Shown in pieces: positions 44,173 to 50,072 of a stretch of DNA of 50,072 nucleotides. Source of the stretch: Clostridia bacterium (GTDB lineage Bacteria > Bacillota > Clostridia > Oscillospirales > CAG-272); assembly GCA_017623375.1 (NCBI GenBank), contig JAGAPH010000152.1, positions 116,191-166,262 of the forward strand. The letters run 5' to 3'. The translations under genes and the position numbers were made by a program. The notes beneath the pieces were generated by a model that did no database searches, was not told the origin of the DNA, and saw nothing but the letters and a program-made list of their open reading frames with translations. Position 1 is the first letter of the stretch; each line of letters begins with the position of its first letter.

Positions 44173-45147
44173 ATGGATTCTCTTGTTTCAATAATAATTC
44201 CCGTATATAATGTTGAAAAATATTTGCCAGAGTGTCTTGAAAGTGTTATAAATCAAACCTATAAAAATCTTGAAATACTCTTGATAGACGACGGCTCACC
44301 AGATAACAGCGGAAAAATATGCGATGAATATGCAGAAAAGGACGCAAGAATAAAGGTAATACACAAAGAAAATGGGGGAGTATCCTCGGCACGAAATCTT
44401 GGTTTGAATATTGCAACTGGAGAATATATTACCTTTATTGATTCCGATGATTTTGTAGACGAGCATTATGTGGAATACTTATATAATGATCTTACATCTC
44501 AAAGCTCGGATATGTCCTTTTGTGGATTTTCAAAACATTTTGGACAAACTACAGAAAAATATGAGGAATGCTTTCCCAATAAATTGAACATCGATTTTAA
44601 AAACATGGACTTTGAACGATTTTTTCATAGCTTTTTTCAATTTAATAACACTGTTTTTGGTTCAATATGGAGAGTTCTATATAAAAAAGATGTTATAAAA
44701 AACATTCTCTTTAACAGTAATATAAAAATCTCTGAGGATTTAGTTTTTGTACTTAACTGCATATTTAAATGTAAAAGTATTTCACATATAGAGGACAGTT
44801 TGTATTTTTATAGGGTAAATAATCAATCTGCTTGCAGATCTTATAAGCGAAATTATTTGCAAAGCCAGCTTGCACTTGCTGATGAATTGAAAAAACTGTT
44901 TTGTCGATTTGACGACGGTGATACAGAAAAACTTTTTGATACGTATCGCGCATTATTGTGTTATTATTGCTTTTCCAATGAAATAAAATTCAAAGGGAAT
45001 ACCAATAGGCGCGAGAATATCGGCAAGATCAGAAAAAGCGAATTGTATAGGTACTTTAATTTAAAAAACTGTGTGAAAATAGATAATTTCAAGGCAAAAA
45101 TAAAGTTCTTGATAGTGTGGGGACTTGTTAAATTAAGATTAATGTGA
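44173..45147 (+). CDS. GT2-family glycosyltransferase (tandem paralog)
   Basis: VSIIIPVYNVEKYL..LIDDGSPD..GGVSSARN..IDSDDF. The N-terminal 90 aa are about 70 percent identical by eye to the preceding gene. Confidence 0.88.
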   Translation: MDSLVSIIIPVYNVEKYLPECLESVINQTYKNLEILLIDDGSPDNSGKICDEYAEKDARIKVIHKENGGVSSARNLGLNIATGEYITFIDSDDFVDEHYVEYLYNDLTSQSSDMSFCGFSKHFGQTTEKYEECFPNKLNIDFKNMDFERFFHSFFQFNNTVFGSIWRVLYKKDVIKNILFNSNIKISEDLVFVLNCIFKCKSISHIEDSLYFYRVNNQSACRSYKRNYLQSQLALADELKKLFCRFDDGDTEKLFDTYRALLCYYCFSNEIKFKGNTNRRENIGKIRKSELYRYFNLKNCVKIDNFKAKIKFLIVWGLVKLRLM

Positions 45148-45157
45148 GGTGGTATCA

Positions 45158-46195
45158 ATGATAGGAATACTAACTTTTAATCGTGCCATTAATTATGGCG
45201 CAGTGCTGCAAAGCTTTGCGTTAAAAGAGAGCCTGTCAAAATATAATAGTTGTGAAATAATTAATTATAAAAATGATCTGATAGAGAAAGCTTATGATTT
45301 TTCAAAAGATATTTTTCTTGAAAGAATGTATAAGAAGATTACAATCTCCAAAAAGATATCTGAATTCAATAGCTTTATTTCTGAGATTTCTTCAAAAAAT
45401 ATCTACGATATTAACACAATTCATACAATCAAACATAATAAACTTGTGTGTGGTAGTGATCAGGTTTGGAATTTTAATTGCTCTGGTAACGATACCACAT
45501 ATCTTTTGAATGGCTTTGAAAACGCAAAAAAGTATTCTTATGCGGCAAGCTTTGGTGTATCTCGGTTGCCTGAAGATCAAGTGGAGATTTTTCGCGACAG
45601 TCTTTCGGAATTCAAATATATTTCTGTGCGTGAAGAAACGGGCAAGAAAATTTGCAGGGAACAGTTGGGACTTGACGCAGAAGTTGTTGTTGACCCCACC
45701 TTACTGTTGACGAAAGCGGAATGGAAGGATAAATTAAATATTCAAACCAAGCAGAAAAAGTACGTTCTTATATATGCTTTCGATAACAATGATTTGATAA
45801 AAAAAGTAGCAAAGAAAATAGCCAAGGTCTACGGTCTTTCCATTTACAATTTGGCTATTAGCGGAAGAGATTTTTTTGGAAATAAATTGTTTAAGAATGC
45901 GGGACCGCAGGAATGGGTTTCTCTGTTTTATAATGCAATCTTTGTGGTTACCGATTCTTTTCATGGTACGGCATTTTCCATAAATTTTAATAAACCATTT
46001 TATACATTTGCAAAAAATGACAGAAAATCCCGTATTGTTGATATATTAGAATTAATGGGGCTTCAAGATAGGCTTATTACTTGTGAAGAACAGGTAAATA
46101 CAGAAAATATTATTGATTATAAACAGGTAAATAAACGTCTTGAAGAAGAGCGTCAAAAATCATTGGCTTATATTGAGAGAATAGTGAATGACTGA
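45158..46195 (+). CDS. polysaccharide pyruvyl transferase family protein
   Basis: IGILTF..INYGAVLQSFAL N-terminus, GSDQVWN motif and TDSFHG motif. ATG 45158 lies after GAGGTGG. Confidence 0.85.
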   Translation: MIGILTFNRAINYGAVLQSFALKESLSKYNSCEIINYKNDLIEKAYDFSKDIFLERMYKKITISKKISEFNSFISEISSKNIYDINTIHTIKHNKLVCGSDQVWNFNCSGNDTTYLLNGFENAKKYSYAASFGVSRLPEDQVEIFRDSLSEFKYISVREETGKKICREQLGLDAEVVVDPTLLLTKAEWKDKLNIQTKQKKYVLIYAFDNNDLIKKVAKKIAKVYGLSIYNLAISGRDFFGNKLFKNAGPQEWVSLFYNAIFVVTDSFHGTAFSINFNKPFYTFAKNDRKSRIVDILELMGLQDRLITCEEQVNTENIIDYKQVNKRLEEERQKSLAYIERIVND

Positions 46196-47708
46196 AAGTA
46201 GAAGTAAAAAATTTTTTTATAATACCTTGTTTACGGCATTGTTGCAGATAGCCAATATTATTTCAATGCTTATAGTTCCTCGGTTTATGTTGAAATATTA
46301 TGGTTCAGAGATCAATGGTCTTGTAACGTCTGTAACACAGTTTATTACATATTTCAATCTTGTAGAAGCAGGACTTTCCAATGCGGCAATATTTGCTTTA
46401 TATAAACCGCTTGCAGATAAAGATAGTAGACGAATAAGTTCTATAGTTTCGGCAGCAAGAAAATTCTATTTTCAAGCAGGGTATATTTTTGTTTCTTTAA
46501 CTATTGGATTGGCTGTTTTTTATCCTTTATACGTAGGTATCGATTCTTTTTCCCCATATCTTGTTGCTTTGTTGGTTATAGTTTTGGGTAGCAACGGATT
46601 TCTTGAATTTTTTACACTTGCGAAGTATAGAGTTTTGTTAACAGCAGATCAGAAAACGTACGTTGTTTCTGCTTCGTCAATTATACATATTTTATTGCAA
46701 ACGCTTATAATATCACTGCTTGCTACTCTACGTATAAATATCGTTATTGTTCGTGCGGTTGCTATTTCATCTATTTTGTTGCGTAGCATAATTCTTTCAA
46801 CTTATTGCAAACGAAAGTACAAAAATGTTGATTATAAAGCAACACCCGATATGAAAGCGTTAGATAAACGTTGGGACGCAATGTTTTTGCAAATATTGGG
46901 CGCGATTCATCAAGGGACAACCGTTGTATTGCTTACAGTAATTGTAAAAGATCTTGCGCTTGTTAGTGTATACGCAGTATTTAACGTTGTGGTTAGTGGA
47001 CTCAATAGTGTAATGGGAATTTTTAATTCTGGATTGTCAGCTTCTTTTGGCGAAGTAATTGCTAAGGGCGAAAAAACAACATTACAGCGAGCCTATAAGG
47101 AATTTGAATTTGGTTTTTATATGGTAATGACATTTGTTTTTGCCGTTGCGTTTGTTATGATCATGCCCTTTGTCAAATTATATACTTCTGGAATAACAGA
47201 TGCGAATTACAATATGCCAATAGTTGGCTTTCTTATGGTTTTAAACGGATATATGTATAATATAAAGAATCCTCAAGGAATGCTAGTAATGTCTGCAGGA
47301 ATGTATAAAGAGACAAAATGGAGAACATTTACTCAAGGAGCTATTGCTGTAGTCGGAGGTATAGTTTTAGCATTTCCGTTTGGAATCTATGGTATTTTAG
47401 TTGCTGCGCTATTATCGAATATTTATAGAGATTTTGATTTACTTATTTTTTCTGCCAAAAGAATTACGGGACTTTCTCCGTTGTGGTCTTTCAAAAATGT
47501 ATCTAAAAGCTTGCTAATATTTGTTTTAATTATATTACCGTTTTTCTTTATTAATATAAACATATCTTCTTGGACCATGTGGATAATTATAGCATGTAGT
47601 GTTTGCGCATATGCTGCAGTGGTTATTGTTACAATCGTAGTGATCTTTGATTTTAAAATGCTAAAAAGTATATTTGTACGTTTAAAAAGAATATTTATTA
47701 GAGGATAG
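46188..47708 (+). CDS. wzx: Wzx-type oligosaccharide flippase (MOP/PST superfamily)
   Basis: 506 aa with about 14 TM helices. The start overlaps the pyruvyl transferase stop (ATGACTGA). Confidence 0.8.
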   Translation: MTESRSKKFFYNTLFTALLQIANIISMLIVPRFMLKYYGSEINGLVTSVTQFITYFNLVEAGLSNAAIFALYKPLADKDSRRISSIVSAARKFYFQAGYIFVSLTIGLAVFYPLYVGIDSFSPYLVALLVIVLGSNGFLEFFTLAKYRVLLTADQKTYVVSASSIIHILLQTLIISLLATLRINIVIVRAVAISSILLRSIILSTYCKRKYKNVDYKATPDMKALDKRWDAMFLQILGAIHQGTTVVLLTVIVKDLALVSVYAVFNVVVSGLNSVMGIFNSGLSASFGEVIAKGEKTTLQRAYKEFEFGFYMVMTFVFAVAFVMIMPFVKLYTSGITDANYNMPIVGFLMVLNGYMYNIKNPQGMLVMSAGMYKETKWRTFTQGAIAVVGGIVLAFPFGIYGILVAALLSNIYRDFDLLIFSAKRITGLSPLWSFKNVSKSLLIFVLIILPFFFININISSWTMWIIIACSVCAYAAVVIVTIVVIFDFKMLKSIFVRLKRIFIRG

Positions 47709-47710
47709 AG

Positions 47711-48832
47711 ATGATTGATTTAAATAAGATTAATTGTACGGGGTGCTCTTCGTGTTACAATGGTTGCCCTGTCGGTGCAATTAAAATGGTAAGCAATGAA
47801 AAAGGTTTTTTGTACCCTCATATTGATGAAACGAAATGTATTCAGTGTGAATTATGTGTAAAAATTTGCGGTGCCGAAAATAAAGTTGTTTACGATGTGC
47901 CTGTGCATACATATGCTGTTAAGCATAAAGCTCTTGAGGAAAGAATGAAAAGTCAGTCGGGCGGTGCGGCATATGTTTTATCTAAACATATTATAGAAGT
48001 TGGTGGAGTTGTATACGGTGCAATAATTGATAAAGATTTTTCCGTTTGTCACTCCCGTGCCGAAACGATTGAAGAGTTGGAAAAATTCAGAGGGTCAAAA
48101 TACGTACAAAGTGATTTGAAAAATATGTTTTCTTTTGTAAGGGAGGATCTTAACGGAGGAAGAACTGTTTTATTTACAGGTACACCTTGTCAAATAGCCG
48201 GATTGAAATCTTTTCTTGTCAAAGATTATGATAAATTATATACCGTTGATGTTATTTGCCACGGAGTACCAAGTCCACGTGTTTGGAGCGATTATTTAAA
48301 ATGGCAAGAGAATTGCCATAATAAAGAACTTAAAAAAGTGTTTTTTAGAGATTTAACGTTGAAGTGGGGCGCAAGTAACGAAGCATTATATTTTAGAAAC
48401 GACAAAAGACTGTATAATATTTATGCAAAAATTTTTTATTCTCGCAACGCTTTTAGAGACAGTTGCTTTGAATGTTCTTTTGCAAATTTGAAAAGACAGT
48501 TCGATATTACAGTTGGTGATTACTGGGGAATTGATTTAGTATCTCCTGAATTTAAAGATGATTATGGTATTTCTGCAGTAATTATTAATTCAAAAAAAGG
48601 AAATGGTTTATTCGCTTCAGTAAGTAGTGAGCTTGATATATTGGAGACAACAACAGATCAAATGACTCGAAAAAATCCTCAACTTTTGAAGTCTGCAGAC
48701 AAACCTGCCTCTGTCGATAAATTTTGGGAAGAATATCATAATAATACATTTGCGTATATTGCCAAAAAATATGGTGGCAATTCCATAAAAGGTAAGATAA
48801 AAAGGATAGTAAAAAGAGCTTTAGGAAGATAG
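47711..48832 (+). CDS. FrhB/FdhB-like (coenzyme F420 hydrogenase beta-subunit family) iron-sulfur flavoprotein
   Basis: Two N-terminal ferredoxin-type cluster motifs, CTGCSSCYNGCP and CIQCELCVKIC, are followed by an FrhB-like core (GTPCQIAGL, DVICHGVPS). Confidence 0.8.
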   Translation: MIDLNKINCTGCSSCYNGCPVGAIKMVSNEKGFLYPHIDETKCIQCELCVKICGAENKVVYDVPVHTYAVKHKALEERMKSQSGGAAYVLSKHIIEVGGVVYGAIIDKDFSVCHSRAETIEELEKFRGSKYVQSDLKNMFSFVREDLNGGRTVLFTGTPCQIAGLKSFLVKDYDKLYTVDVICHGVPSPRVWSDYLKWQENCHNKELKKVFFRDLTLKWGASNEALYFRNDKRLYNIYAKIFYSRNAFRDSCFECSFANLKRQFDITVGDYWGIDLVSPEFKDDYGISAVIINSKKGNGLFASVSSELDILETTTDQMTRKNPQLLKSADKPASVDKFWEEYHNNTFAYIAKKYGGNSIKGKIKRIVKRALGR

Positions 48833-48862
48833 GAATATACTGAAACGGAGAGGTGGTGCAGG

Positions 48863-50020
48863 GTGATCATACAAGCTTTAATATCACTTATAGGAAGAGA
48901 GCTATGTAATGAAAAGTCAATAAAATCAGGCATTATAGAAGAACTGTCGGGTAATGAAAATAATATTTATTCAATATCCAAGCACCACGATCTTGCTCAT
49001 ATTGTAGGCAGCGCGCTGCAAAAGGCAGGTGTTGAGCTTCCTGAGGAGCTTGCGGAAAAGTTTCAAAAGCAGCAGACGCTAGCGGCATACCGATATATGA
49101 AGATCGAATATGATCTTGAGCAGATATGCCAAGCCTTTGAATCTGCTAAAATCGATCATATGCCTCTTAAGGGCTCTGTAATACGCAAATATTATCCATC
49201 GCCTGAAATGCGCACCAGCTGCGATATTGACATTCTCGTGAGGGAAGAGGAGCTTGAGCGTGCTGTTGCCGTTCTCAGGGACGAGCTACATTATGAGATC
49301 GGCAGAAAAGATACCCACGACGTCTCTATTTTTTCTACCAGCGGTATTCACGTAGAGCTGCATTTTTCCTTGATAGAGGATGATGAAAACGTGGATAAAT
49401 TATTGGCAGACATTTGGTCGCATGCGTATCTTGATGTTAACTCAGAGTATCGGTATTTGATGAATAACGAATATTTCGTGTTTTACTCTATCGCGCACAT
49501 GGCAAAGCATTTTTTGAACGGTGGTTGCGGAATACGCCCGTTTATGGATCTGTGGATAGCGCAGAATGGAATGGGATTTAATAGGGAGACTGTTGACGAT
49601 CTGCTTGATAAATGCGGATTGAAGCAGTTTGGCAATCAAGCATTTGCGCTATGTGATGTGTGGTTTGCTGACGGACAACACTCAGAGCTTACAGAAAAAA
49701 TGGAGCAATACGTTGTTAGCGGCGGAGTATACGGTACGGTCGAGCATAAGGTAGCCATTTCACAGACGCAGCAATCTGGCGGAAAGGTAAGATACATGAT
49801 GCGAAGAATATTTCTTCCGTATTCTGCTTTAAAGCTGTATTATAACCGCCTTGAAAAGTATCCTATCTTATATCCATTTTATCAGGTAAAGCGTTGGTGC
49901 AGGATTATGTTTGGTAAAGATTCTAAGCGCGCCATGCGTGAATTGCAATACTCGGCAACAGTATCAGATAACGAAAAAGAACGTCTTGTCACATTATGTA
50001 AAGATCTTGAACTCTTATAA
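48863..50020 (+). CDS. uncharacterised nucleotidyltransferase family protein (NTP_transf_5-like)
   Basis: GTG start after GGAGAGGTGG. The PLKGSVIRKYYPSPEMRTSCDIDILV motif matches hhLKG..R..DIDhLV as I recall for this family. GC content is visibly higher than in the preceding six genes. Confidence 0.7.
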   Translation: MIIQALISLIGRELCNEKSIKSGIIEELSGNENNIYSISKHHDLAHIVGSALQKAGVELPEELAEKFQKQQTLAAYRYMKIEYDLEQICQAFESAKIDHMPLKGSVIRKYYPSPEMRTSCDIDILVREEELERAVAVLRDELHYEIGRKDTHDVSIFSTSGIHVELHFSLIEDDENVDKLLADIWSHAYLDVNSEYRYLMNNEYFVFYSIAHMAKHFLNGGCGIRPFMDLWIAQNGMGFNRETVDDLLDKCGLKQFGNQAFALCDVWFADGQHSELTEKMEQYVVSGGVYGTVEHKVAISQTQQSGGKVRYMMRRIFLPYSALKLYYNRLEKYPILYPFYQVKRWCRIMFGKDSKRAMRELQYSATVSDNEKERLVTLCKDLELL

Positions 50021-50024
50021 CAAC

Positions 50025-50062
50025 AAAAAATCCGGACACAGATTCTGTGTTCGGATTTTTTT
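50025..50062 (+). terminator. intrinsic terminator ending the polysaccharide locus
   Basis: A6, then an 11-bp stem TCCGGACACAG-ATT-CTGTGTTCGGA with one G-U pair, then T7. Confidence 0.9.
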
Positions 50063-50072
50063 GTGGTGGTGA

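Noticed and set aside
1-50072. A window-wide look for CRISPR arrays, IS elements or transposases, integrases, prophage genes, tRNA/rRNA genes and riboswitches.
   Set aside because: There are no direct-repeat/spacer arrays and no terminal inverted repeats flanking an ORF. No recombinase or transposase motif appears in any frame. All intergenic regions of 130 nt or more (16921-17103, 19441-19607, 23729-23900, 24987-25126, 31991-32195, 34175-34394, 40590-40818) are AT-rich promoter or terminator regions with no conserved structured-RNA features that I can recognise by eye. A covariance-model scan would be needed to exclude small RNAs.

Overview
The window looks like ordinary chromosomal DNA from a mid-GC Firmicute, probably class Clostridia. 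I infer this from the glgB-C-D-A-P order with a glgD, a split transketolase, GGAGG-type ribosome binding sites and TTGACA-17-TATAAT promoters. I ran no homology search; all family calls come from motifs I recognise in the supplied translations. About 48 genes are densely packed. I saw no rRNA, tRNA, CRISPR array, transposase, integrase or phage gene. Layout: (1) 1-11.7 kb holds a glycogen block (glgB, 5'-truncated, then glgC, glgD, glgA, glgP and a GH13 hydrolase), followed without a terminator by a small unknown ORF, tadA and azlCD. (2) 11.7-15.9 kb, minus strand, holds the split transketolase, trpS and a class-I aminotransferase. (3) 16-19.4 kb holds a Dabb protein, a degenerate ThyX-fold protein, and serC-serA. 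(4) 19.6-34.2 kb holds mixed housekeeping genes: a DUF815 ATPase, a polytopic membrane protein, rsmE, a PucR-type regulator, an S41 protease, greA, an EamA transporter, rsuA-like, tex, orphan msmX-like ATPase and small membrane or lipoproteins. (5) 34.3-39.5 kb is a five-gene biotin-dependent cluster. It combines an acyl-CoA carboxyltransferase, OadG, a free biotin carrier, a Na+-pump beta subunit and a 5S/OadA-type carboxyltransferase. (6) 39.5-40.6 kb holds an orphan GlpP-type antiterminator with an unknown membrane protein. (7) 40.8-50.0 kb is a Wzx/Wzy polysaccharide locus. Its core (about 41.97-48.83 kb) is visibly much more AT-rich than the rest of the window. That core contains a pyruvyl transferase plus an FrhB-like Fe-S protein. 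The items most worth follow-up are the hybrid decarboxylase/transcarboxylase cluster with its divergent carboxyltransferase, the ThyX-fold protein lacking the RHR motif, the pyruvyl-transferase/FrhB-like pair in the low-GC cassette, the orphan GlpP, and non-canonical active-site motifs in GlgB and GlgA. No defence system or mobile element could be supported.
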